DNA of 64,000 nt from Ptychomitrium polyphyllum (Eukaryota): the NCBI GenBank assembly GCA_973851085.1, contig OZ316775.1, positions 3,782,001-3,846,000 of the forward strand. Direction: 5' to 3'. The notes below the pieces were generated by a model. That model saw nothing but the letters and a program-made list of their open reading frames with translations, ran no database searches and had not been told where the DNA came from. Shown here one piece after another: positions 24,942 to 36,700 of the stretch (its first letter is position 1; every line of letters begins with the position of its first letter). The translations under genes and the position numbers were made by a program.

Positions 24942-26059
24942 TTATCTATAATAATGGAAATGCATCAATTTCCATGAAGAACCAAAAGAAAACATGACTA
25001 TTTTATGAGATTTAATCTTTGAAGAAATATCCAAAGGTTGGCATATATGTGGACCTCCAAGATCAACATGAACAACTATAAACAATACAAAAATTCAAAA
25101 ACATTTACTGATGCTGGAACTCATTATTTTACCATCAAATTATGGTGGCTTTATCTTGAAGCAACATTAGTAGAAGATTTATTTGTCTTGGTTTTTTATT
25201 GCCATTTAGATATTTCTAGTATCGGTAGTGGAATGGATTTCTGGAGCTAGTATGTTCCAAACCATCTTCTCAAAATTGTAGATATTGTGTTAATTATTTC
25301 TAATCTAAAGCTAATACCATTTCTTTTGTTCTTTTATTTCTTGTATACATTGCAATTGTCAATGATTTTGTCTAAGCCTTCATGCAAGTCATTGTTTACT
25401 ACCAATATCTAAACGTTGAACAATAACGCATTGGTCTAGGAAAAAAAAATTTGCTTTTATGAATTACCTAATGTACTTCCTATTAATCTGGAAATCCAAA
25501 AGCCATTTATATAGCACTCACTAAAACGCCTCAAGCAAACAATTTTTGCACTAATAGATTGCATCTAGAAGGTGAAGAAGTCTTTGGATCTTTAAAGTAA
25601 AAACTTGATTTTTTTCAAAGTTTTGAATATGATTTGCATAAATTTGACAAAATAAACTTCTTTCATCCTTGGATTTAAACAAGGTCTTGTAAATCTTTCT
25701 TCAATGATAATACATCTCAAAATAATACTTATGAAAGAATAAATGACAACTACCAACAAGATATATTTGTGGAAGCAAAGACACTTATTGCCATGCTTGG
25801 AAGATATCATGTGCTTGCTATACAAGAGATAATATGTGATGAGACTAAGTGGCATATTGCAATGCTTCCAAAGGCATCTGCTAATGCGTGTTTTGCCAAA
25901 CAAGCAATCATTAAAAAGAAGTGTATAGCAAAGGTTGTCCAAGACGGTAAAAATATTGTGGTTCCTACCTACACTAGTATGATGGACAACTATAAGAAGA
26001 ATAAATTAGAGTATATGCAATTTTTCTTTTATAACAATGACATTAAGAGGTACAAATAA
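24942..26059 (+). pseudogene. Continuation and C-terminal part of the decayed MULE transposase
   Basis: The frame continues across the TTATC TSD: ...NGICLI|YNNGNASISM..KT*LFY (decayed CxxH position)..DLQDQH..KQYKNS..HYFTIKLWWL, and later WHIAMLPKASANACFA..C.AKV..PTY..QFFF. Confidence 0.65.
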
Positions 26060-27223
26060 GAAACAAGGAAAAAGTGGATGGTATTTGGGTTAATTGTTTC
26101 AAGAAGTCTAGTTAGTAAAGATAGACACTAATTTCACTTCAAAGGAAATTTTGACGCTTAAAAATGTAGGTTTTCTTATTTAGATGTTGCCTAAGAAGCT
26201 CTTAGGACCACTTTAGTTTGCTTAATTTTTTTTAGCATTCTCAAATGACCATCTAAAATAAAGATTTGGACAAAATGTTAGAAGGAATACAAAGGCGCCA
26301 TTAACAAAACATTTAAACAATTCTGCATCTACCCTATCAATGAAGGGCCGTATATCAGTCAAGAGCCACATTTCAAATGTGTCTATGATACTTTTGGAAG
26401 CTCATCTTTGGAGTTTCATAGGAGTAGTATCTTTATTTAGGCTAGCCTCTTCTTGAACCGGAATTTCACTTCTACTTCTTATATTTACTTTCTCAATATT
26501 AGGCCCTTTACTGTTCTGTAAACATAAATTCTCTACATGGATTTGAGACTCAACTTTGAAGAGAACTGGCCCATAAGATGACAATCCTAAATACAAGTAG
26601 GGAGCTTTCAAGAATCTTATGCACATGGACTCAAATGAACACTGCAAGGAGTGTAAAGACGCATGAAATGAACAAAGGCACTGTCAAATGAACCAAGGCA
26701 CACATTTTGCAAAAGCCTCACTGTGTCGAAAACTGAGAGGCTTACATTTGAGTTTCTAATATCTACAGCTTCCCTAGATAGTGCCACTTCTGTGCAACCC
26801 CCCAATGTGAGTGAGGTCAAGACTCAAGCCTCTGGTTCGCCTTTCCAAAAGCCTCCCTTTTCCCATGTGGCCGCGCTTCCCACGCAAGCAGCCCAACATT
26901 GACGGGCTCACAACGCGGCAATGGGATAGACACCCGCCTGAGTATACAGAGGTCTTCTGACCAGTATCACGAGATATCACCCAGTTATCACCCACTAAGT
27001 GGATGTTTGAGCGCCTCTGGCCTCGTTGTGAGGCCATGTGCACACTTCACATCACTGGAGCTCATGAGAAATCGTCTCGCACTTGCAAATCTAGAGAACT
27101 GATCTCACTTCACACTGAATCCAGCTGGAAAATTGAAGGTTTTGGCATCGAAGACTGAATCTTGTGCGCCCACAAGTGAAAGGCTGCAGGAATTCGTGAA
27201 GGAACTGTGAGCAGGAGCGAGCA

Positions 27224-30200
27224 ATGGCAGCACAGTCGCTCTCTCGATCGTCAGCGCTCTCTTGGAAATCCAGCCGAGTGAGTGCATTGGAGAGTGATTG
27301 TGCTTTTGGGAGGTTTTTGCATGTGGGTAGTCCAGGAATTGTGCGAGGTTTGAGTGGAGGAGTGTCTAAGAGTTTCACGAAGAGTGGTGAGAGGGGGAAG
27401 AGGATTGAGTTTGGGAGAGGGAGGGTGTTGAGGAGGAGAGGGGGTGATGTCTCGTGTGCTGCAGGGCCGTTGATGTTGGAGAAAGGGAGGAAGAGCTTGC
27501 CGGATGGGTACATGGAGGAGATGCAGAAGTTTTTGGAGAAGGATTTGGTGCATTTGTTCGATGAGCAGGGAATTGACAAGACAATGTATGATGAGAAGGT
27601 GGAGTTTCGGGACCCTATCACGAACTACGACACTCTCGATGGGTATTTGTTCAACATTGGTATGCTGCGGGCGCTCTTCCATCCCATTTTTGAGCTGCAT
27701 AGTGTGAAGCAGGTAGGCCACTCGTTTTTTTATCCGAATGCCTGTCGAAAGTGGCTCTTGAATCTACAAAACCTTTCTGTTCGAAATTGTGAGCTCAAAT
27801 GTATGGACGTTTCTCAAACTCTGGCTTCACACTTTCTTCTGGAACATGAAGTGGCCAACAAGTTCACTTATTAAATTGACCGATAAATCTGCAATATACA
27901 TGGATCGTGTGTCACTCAAGAGGATTGTTACCAGTTTTTCACGAAATCAATTATGTAAGCTGTTAGTGGATTTGGGACAGCAGTCATTAAAGAAAGAAGC
28001 GAACTGGGTGAAACAGCGGATGATATAGTTCTATGGGTTTTTTTGCTGTTTGTAACGTTGCTGTGGTGATTGCGGTGTCCAGACAGCACCTTTCGAGATC
28101 ACAACAAGATGGACAATGACGATGAATTTCTGGATTGTGTTGTGGAAGCCTCAATTGATTTTCACTGGGGTGTCGATTATGCGCGTGAATCCAGAAACTG
28201 GCAAGTTTTGTGCGCATATAGTGAGTTTCAGCTTCTCCCAAAACTGCGTGTGATTTTAGGTTAGTATTTGTGGCTTTGGCATTCCAATGATGTCCTGTTG
28301 TCTTGAGGCTAAAGAATTTCAGGGCACCAAACTTTCGTGATACAAACGTGGCAATATTCTATTTGATAGCGTAGATATTCGTGCTCATCTCCTTTTGGCC
28401 ATTTTTAGTCTGTTACTCAAAAACTTTCATAAGGTTCTCTTTCCATACGTTCTTTCATACTTAGTTGCTGCTCCAGTTCTTGTTGAGTGCTTGCATATTG
28501 GTCATATTGCGGAATTTATAATGGAGATCTTTCGTCAACACGGTTCTGAGTATGACACAAGGTATAGTTCGAATTTCTTAAATCCAAATATTTGTTTGCG
28601 AGCATTGAAGAGGTCAATTCTGAGCTTGTGCTGACAGTATTCTGCGCATTGTTTGATGTGCAGGACCTTTGGGACTCGATTCAAAACAATGATTACTTCT
28701 CAATTGAGGGTGCGAAGGACGTCATTAGGCAGGTTGATAATTTGCGAGATGTCAAATACCAATTCACTGTTTTGGTGCTCTTACGTAGCTGTGAAGATTT
28801 TGAGGGGAAATTCTAGATCAGAAAAGCGAGAACCACTACTGGTGATGAAGTCTGTGAAATTGTTATATTCTCCTCGCTTTGAGTGTTCTTTCTCTTCTTG
28901 AAGTTCTTTTACATTTTCCATTTTCACTTCTCTTGCATCTCGTCTGTGTTCAAGATTTCATTTCCTACAGTAATTGTATTCTCATTGTAGGATAAATGGT
29001 TTCTTTGGCCTAGTTCGGTGCCTACCTTCAATTTTAAGATGCACCTGTATACATCGTCCAGAGAACCTTCGCTTGATGCTTGCGATGGGCTCTTGTGGTG
29101 CGTAGATGCAATATTTCAAGCAACCGGATTTGGAAACGCCCAAGTACAAGGTTCTAAAGAGAACCGCTGATTACCAGGTGAGTGCGGCGATATCTGATCA
29201 TTTTACTCCCATATTCTAATTTAGCATCCATACACGTCTCCCTCTGATTATCAGGTATCGCTTACACTGTATTCATCATGTATGTGATTATGTTCACTTA
29301 TGTTGTTTCTTTCTTGACTAATTATAAAGTTGATTGTATGTTATGATTTGAGCAGGTGCGAGAATATGAACCATTTATTGTGGTGGAGACTGATTGCGAC
29401 AGCATGGCCGGCTCGAAAGGATTCAACACAGTTGCTGGGTATGCGCATCAGTTTATTTCTATCTGGTTATGTAAACACCTGCTTTCTTCACACATGCACA
29501 AAGTAGATATTGTTTAGTCAGCGATGAAAATGAACAGGGCCTAGGCTTGTGTACTTGTGACAGATATATATTCGGCAAGAACGAGAAGGGTCAAAAAATT
29601 AAGATGACAACTCCTGTTTACACGGAAACCAGCAGTGAGCCATCAGCTTCAGGAGCAAAAATTCAAATCGTCTTACCTTCGAGTTGCAAATTATCTGAGT
29701 GAGTCCTCGTTGACTTAGAGAAAAATCTCTCTATACTCGTAATGTGCAAAGTTGCACTAATCTTCATAGGAACATGTTAGGTGGGTTTTCGGGTTATCTT
29801 TACGGGCCGAATTCGTAAGGACCACTCTGTTTTGAGAAACTGTTTCATATCCAACATTATGTATCATTGTGGTGAATCCTTCTGCCTGCGGTTACAGGTT
29901 GCCTTCTCCCGAGACAGAGGGTGTAAAGATTCAACAGGTAGACAAAAGAATTGCAGCTGCTATTCGTTTTAATGGAAGGCCGACGCTAGAAGTGGTGGAA
30001 GAGAAGAGAAAGATTCTTGACCAAGCGCTAAGAAAGGACGGGCTGAAAATGAAGGGAACATTTGGATTGGCACGATACAATGATCCAGGACGAACTTGGC
30101 CCATTTTCATGGTACGAATTCCTCATCCTGAATATTCTTACTCCAACCTATTTTTGAAGCCTCAAGTACCTCACATGCTATTTGTTCACCATGCTGACGA

Positions 30201-30273
30201 CAGCTTTGGCGTTCTCTTGTTTTGGCAGAAAAACGAAGTGCTTGCGTGGCTGGAAGACTTTCAGCTCGATTGA
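27224..30273 (+). CDS. HBP5: Plastid-targeted SnoaL-like (DUF2358) + SOUL heme-binding protein; exons 27224-27712, 28083-28220, 28664-28732, 29106-29177, 29356-29438, 29564-29698, 29898-30111, 30229-30273
   Basis: Ser/Arg-rich transit peptide; DLVHLFDEQGIDKTMYD..FRDPIT; ITTRWTM; SOUL motifs LETPKYKVL, GFNTVAGYIFGKN, KMTTPV, LARYNDPG and KNEVLAWL. All introns are GT-AG and in phase. Confidence 0.93.
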
Positions 30274-31290
30274 GTCTGCCGACCTCATACCGTAGCTTCT
30301 AATTCTTTAGCAGTATTATAAAACCACAGCGCGCATTTTACATGCAGTATACATGTAAATTTGTCGCTAGATCCCAGCCTGACATAGTTAGAGAACCCGA
30401 TACGGAGCATAGTTTTCTTCTCTGTGTTTAGAACTTACACAGATTGATCATTTTTATGTAAAAATTTCAAACGTCTACAGAAAGCCTTGATTTGACTGTT
30501 CATTATCATTCTTCCTCAAACACCGGTTTTTATACTCTTGTCTGCAACAGTGGAATGTAACATCGCAATGTCCCACGCACCGCAGAACCTGTTCTTATCG
30601 AAGGCCAGGATGACTTCTCTCGAAATGAGTTTCCTACTAGTTCGACGACAAGAATTCGTGCAGACTATTTCTAGCCATATATCCGACATCAAGGGCCACA
30701 ACCTTTACTGTTTGCAGACCCCACCCATCAGCAACAGAAGGCAAACACACTGTAGCGCTGAGTAGGGATCCTAAAGGCCATCCAAAACAGGTTTCGAGAA
30801 CCGAGAATGAGACGAGAAGCCACCACACAGGAAAGCCGGGGAGGGGCAGGGGGCCCTCAAGGGCCTTTTTCCGCGCACCATAGGGCATTACATCTCCATG
30901 TGGGCCAGGTTGAGGCGCAGCGCATCGTCTACTTGTCAGGTTTGGGCCTGCGACGGGGAGTATCGATTTCGCGAACTTTGTTTTCCACTTGGGTGCTTAA
31001 CAAACTCCCATAATTAGTACCCAGTTGGGCGTAGTTCTGGTATATATTGGTTACGCTTCTGAGAACGTACAAGTCACTAGGAGTCCTTAGAAGCGTCGAG
31101 TAAGTCAAGGAGTTGAGGTTTCTGTGAAGTGTTATGTGAAGGTTTATGGGCTGCAAGATCCTGTCCTTTTTCGCAGAAGTAGAACAATTAATGCCTGTGA
31201 TTGGTTTTTGTTGGAAGGTGCTAGATCGGAGTGTTGGTGGGAGGGAGTGAAGGATATCTAGAGTGGGTTTGTGTGTGCAGGGGAAGGAAA

Positions 31291-32613
31291 ATGTCGGGAA
31301 AGTTGGAGAAACGGACGTTGACGGCAGAGTGGTTGAAACAGAATCATGAGCTTTACACGGTTGCCACTAACCACAGCTTCATTAAGAGTATTCGAGATGG
31401 CACCATTGACGTCAACAACTTCAAGCATTGGATGGTGCGTCTTTGGTAACTTACCGATTTGTGTTTGTGAGTGTTTTCCTCGAGCGAGTGATTTCGCTTT
31501 CGTGACTGGAATTGCTTTACCTTGGAGAAAAGAAACCTTAGTCTAAGTAGTTGTATTTTTGAGAATCTGTAGATGTTTAGAAATCTGAAAGCATTGACGA
31601 TTTCGTTGAATACCGCCGACTTGTGTTTTTTCTCAAAAAAATTGTTCATGTTAATAGATAATCTTTTCTGCCGTTCAGGAACAAGAATACCACTTCGTAA
31701 GAGAGCTTGTTCGCTTCGTTGCGAGTGTACTGCTGAAGGTGCCTAGAAGTGCACCCGAACACGACGTGGATGTCATTCTGAGTGGGCTTACAACTCTTGA
31801 CAGTGAGATTACGTGGTTTCGGAAAGAAGCAAATTTTTGGCAAATCTTCCTCGAGAGAGTCACTCTTCTTCAACCAAACACAGACTATTGCGAGTAAGCT
31901 ACATTGCACTCTCCTTCTTTCTCATGACGACGAGCCTCCCAGTCTATTGTGTTTCCGTCAATGGTTAGCTTGTTAAATCCTTATTTCTGAATTTCAAGTG
32001 CAAATGAAGCTGTCACAGGGTTGAGTTCCTTTCTGCCGTTAATTCTTTTCCCCCTGTCTGGATGACCAGATTTCTAAAGGAGCTGGAGAAAGAGGACACT
32101 CCGTACGCAGTTGCAGTTACTGCCTTCTGGTTAATTGAGCTGGTATACTGCGCCAGCTTCATGTCATGCCTAGAGGAAGATGCCAAAACGCCATTTGAGC
32201 TTATGAGTACTGTCAAGAGATGGGGAAGCGCGGAATTTCACCACTACACACTGAGCTTAAAGAAACTTGCTGATAGAGCACTTGAGAATGCTTCCGAGGC
32301 TGAGCAGAAACAAGCCCAGGAGGTGAGCTTCTTCCTTTGGGTTTAAGGTCTAGACTTATCGCATTTTGTTTCATTTAGGTGTTCTGTTGCTTTTTGATTG
32401 CACTATCCTAATTTTTAACAGCTTGAGACCCGCATTCCTTTATATAATGCCTACCAAAACTCTTGTCGACACTGAGGAAAATTGTGAATATAAGTTACCA
32501 TGAATGTTTGCAGTTATTGATTTGAATTGCAACTGTTTTATTAATAGGTGTGCGTGCGTATTTTGAAGCTCGTGCTGAAGTTCTGGGATATGGCTGGTTT
32601 TGTACTAGGTTAG
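31291..32613 (+). CDS. TENA_E: TENA/THI-4 family, TenA_E-type thiamin-salvage protein; exons 31291-31434, 31679-31893, 32070-32322, 32548-32613
   Basis: ATNHSFIKSIRDG..FKHWMEQEYHFVR; LDSEITWF; TAFWLIELVY; RWGSAEF; FWDM. Collinear with Arabidopsis TenA_E as recalled. The exact 3' end is uncertain (possible extra mini-exon at about 32712). Confidence 0.9.
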
Positions 32614-33736
32614 AAAATAGTGTTGCTGTGTTGTATTGACCTACGGCTTTGGTAAGGAACAGGGCCTGTGCTACCATAATATGTAATTCTAGGAACACTA
32701 TGTTCATCTTAGGCGAAGATGAAGAAATCCCATTAAGTTAATCTGCATATTATCTTTTGTTAGGATCTTCTTTACGGGTTCAGAGCTGCCTGTGATTTGT
32801 CCTACCGTAACCACGTATTTATATTATACATGTATTTGTGCCCTACAAGTCCTATATTCTTGTGCTGCGGATGTTTTATTACGATTTCATCCTCCTCCCT
32901 TTGAGAGAATGTCGGTATGTTCTGTGCTTTTTCAACAATTCGGCTAGGAAGCGGTGCAATCGAACTTCTCAAGTCAAATTTTGGAATAAGTTGCAGCTGA
33001 ACTTCTTTCTGGGAAACCACTTTTATCATGAGTTTTTTATGAGCTTCTATATGTTTATTTCGTGTTATTTTGTTATTCCTAAATAGATGAAAGCCAGGAA
33101 GGTATTGTGGCAACTCATTTCTCTACGTATGCCGCTGCACGAATGAATCTCAATCATGAGAAGGCCGATACGACTTTCACAAAGTATTTATGTACACTAG
33201 TACCAGAAACAATTAACATTCATGCAATTTCCTTTCAATCTCAAATTACCACGAGTAGACAACATCAAACGAAAACGTACGAAGTTTGTACATTTAATAA
33301 AGATCAAATGCAGAAGATTTTAATGGTCCGTTCTGACCCTAGACATTAACCCATTATTAACCTCGTGGTTATAGTACAGATTTAGGAACTCAGTCTCTCT
33401 CTAAAGCCTCACTATTCAATTGTAAAGCATTTATAGCTAAAAGGACTTAAAAGTTAATAGAACTTCGCTCTCATTATGTCCACCAACTGACACTAAAGCT
33501 CAATCTGTACATAAAGTGATGCCGAACACATCTATGATCAAACTCAACGACATGATCATTTCCATGACGCTGGCCTGATCATTATCACTACAGGGTGCAA
33601 GGTGTGCAACACTGGTAACAACATTTCCAAGAGGAAGTCGTTCCGCTTCTCAACACACATACTCAGGACGTGATCAAAGAATTGAATTCACTACCTGTTG
33701 CTTCTAAAAGTTTTCTGTTGGAATAGAAGTATAGCT

Positions 33737-36700
33737 TCAAATCCCATTGCTCCTCTTATCGTCTTTCCTCTTGTCGTCTTTCCTCTTATCGTCTTTCCTT
33801 TTTTCATCTTTCCTTTTTTCATCCTTAAGAGGAGAATGCTGTGGTTGAACTTCATCAACAATAATCTCTATGAGACTTCGAAATTGGTTCGTCATATGCT
33901 CATATATGTTCTTCGTCATCTTCCGTTGATCCAACTCAGTAGCTTTATGCCATGCAACCCCAACAAAGGCCTTATATTGCGTGGTGATTGGTTGCATAGA
34001 TAATGTCTCTAGCTCCATACGAGTTTGTATCTGCAGATCACAAAGTCAAGATGGGTTTTGTCTCGCGGTCATAAGAAATAAATGCTCATCAAAATTGTAG
34101 ATTGAAGTAGTACAGGAAATACGCAAGTTGTGGAATACGAAGCAAAGGACTTGGAACATACTTGGAAATGATCACCAAACGGCACATTATGTAGTGTTAG
34201 GATCTCATTGATGATCAACTTCTTCGAGTCAGTGGATATAGTTTTCTGCTGAATGCAGGAGACTTTACTCCCAAATTGAGTGATGAGACGATTGAACCCG
34301 TAGCTACGATGACGACGTTGAATGCTAATCTTTCCATCCACAATCTCCCATTGAGTGCTTTCGTAGTTCGAGAGCCCAAGTTTCTCATTTACAGAGCGTT
34401 CCTTCTGAGCATCTATGAAAAATACGTGCACAGAATCAACCTGCCACAAAGTGGGAAGAATATCAAGAGAATTGCAGTAAACTCTTGGGCAACAAAGACA
34501 CAAACCCATCTCGTCCTAGTAGAATCAAAGGTTCAGCAAGCCACCGTGTTCAGAAGACGACTTTCTGTTTAATTCTACGACTTCCTATATCAAATAACTT
34601 CAGTTGAAGAATCTATAATTTGAAAAAGAGACCGCCAGATCATTTTCAGATATCTGAACAATGGCACTCCGTGACGTTGATCCACTAATGAATACACTTA
34701 AGGAATACAAAGAACACTTTCTCACAGCGATTCAGGACGAGTTCAAATTTCTCACCGTGATAGGAATTTCCATGTGAACCACCTCCGACATAGGGGCCTC
34801 TTCAATCCCCAAGAATGGCTGACGGTCATCTGCTTGCCGCTCTGCTACAGAGTACTTCATGTCACCGGCTTCTACACTTGCTATGATATCCATTTTCTGT
34901 TCGAAGCTCAAATTTCTGTTCTTCCACAACGCAACAATAGCCCTGGAGTTCAACACGAGAAAACCGAATAAGGATCTGCAATTTGGCCGTTCAAAACTAC
35001 AGGAAAGTCCACAACCAGTACATGATTTTCTATAGAGTACATATTTGTGACAACCTGCCCAATTACAAATCACACTACCTATAGCTATGAACCAAAAGGC
35101 TGACCAAACATCAATAGAGTAGCTGCGTTAATAGGATGCGCATACTGCAGTAGATAAGAGGATGCTACTACGAGGCATGCGATCAAATTTGTAGGCTTAA
35201 AATCATAAATACCTAAAAGCTGTGCCAGAGCGCACAAATGACAAAAATTGGAACTTCAGGCGACCCTTCCCATCAATGCCACGTGCGCCATGCCGAGCAT
35301 CGAAGCCACGACCTTTCCGCAAGAAAACAACTATCGAAGGATTGATAGACTGAGCTGTCTCTTTAATCTCCTCAATTTCCTCCCAAAGGAGGGCAAACTT
35401 CGTCTTATGACCAAACAAATTAGAGTAGAATCCTAGGAGGCGGGGCGACAGGAATAAACGACCCTGTTGCAGTAGATACCAAGCTCAGCAAGATGTTCCA
35501 TGGCTCGTACTGAGGTACAAATGTCAAATCACTTACAATCAAAGTTCAACATAAACTTGATATTGGAGCAAGATGGCACTATAATTGATAAGGTGTCAGA
35601 GAACCAACAGATGATTTTGACCGACATTATACATGTAATATCCGTTCAAACCTAGGCAAACAGTCTAACCTGAATTGGTATCTTTCTCTTGATTGCGCAA
35701 GCAAAATCATTGATTAAAAACTCCTCAGCGGGTAATGCAAAGAGCTTCTGAAATGAACTATTTTTCTGTGCAGAACGCTTCCTGACCTGCACAATCCCAT
35801 GATTCGAATGTCACAAACCATATTACTAATATATGTAAAATCCATACTCTATGTTTTAGAGAAAAAAATAAAATAATAAAGCCAGCATGACGAGCTAAAA
35901 AACCATGAACCTGTGCCAATCAGACTTCTGCGACCGTAGAACAAAAATAAGACTTAGACTTATCCTCAATCCATCTCAAATCTACCTACAATCAACACTT
36001 AAAATTGTAGGATCGAAGGGCATCGGCTCAAAGAAACTAACAATGTCGGGTTACACACAAAATAATCCTTAAGAACAAACGCATACGAATTACAAATGAC
36101 TGACAATGCCGAATTCATATGGAAAAACGTCACTATAGTCTTAACAAAGAGAGCAGTAGGGAGCACCTTGAGACCAGCTTCTCGTTCAACACGTTCAAGA
36201 TACTCGGGGATAGCGTCAGTATCTCTTGTGTGAGTAAGAAAAACGCGCAAATGAAGCTTTGATCCATTTGCCCGAGCATTCTTCCCATCCAAGGGGAGCC
36301 AGAAGTCCGCCAACTGCCCTGGACTTTGTTTTAAAAAATTTATTTCAGCATGGCCAAGTGATTCTGCCTCAGAGAATGGACCGTCAAAATCAAAGAGCTC
36401 AACATCCATGGTTGAAGGTGGATCTTCAAAGGCGTCGAACTCAAAAATCTCTGCAGAAAAGCAAGGAAGTCAGAAGAAATCCATTTACAATGTTTCTAAC
36501 CTATAAAATATCTGCATTGCAATAGAAATTGATTGCGAGTGCTCACCTCTCCAATTTGGGTTCGTTGTACGCAATTTTACTGAACTCGTTCTGTTCTTCC
36601 CATTGCATGTAAATACCACATATGGGCTGGGAGCACCAGAATCAGGAAGGGCAATGTTTTCTCCTTCTACTAGTGTGACTGATGTTAACCAACCATCACC

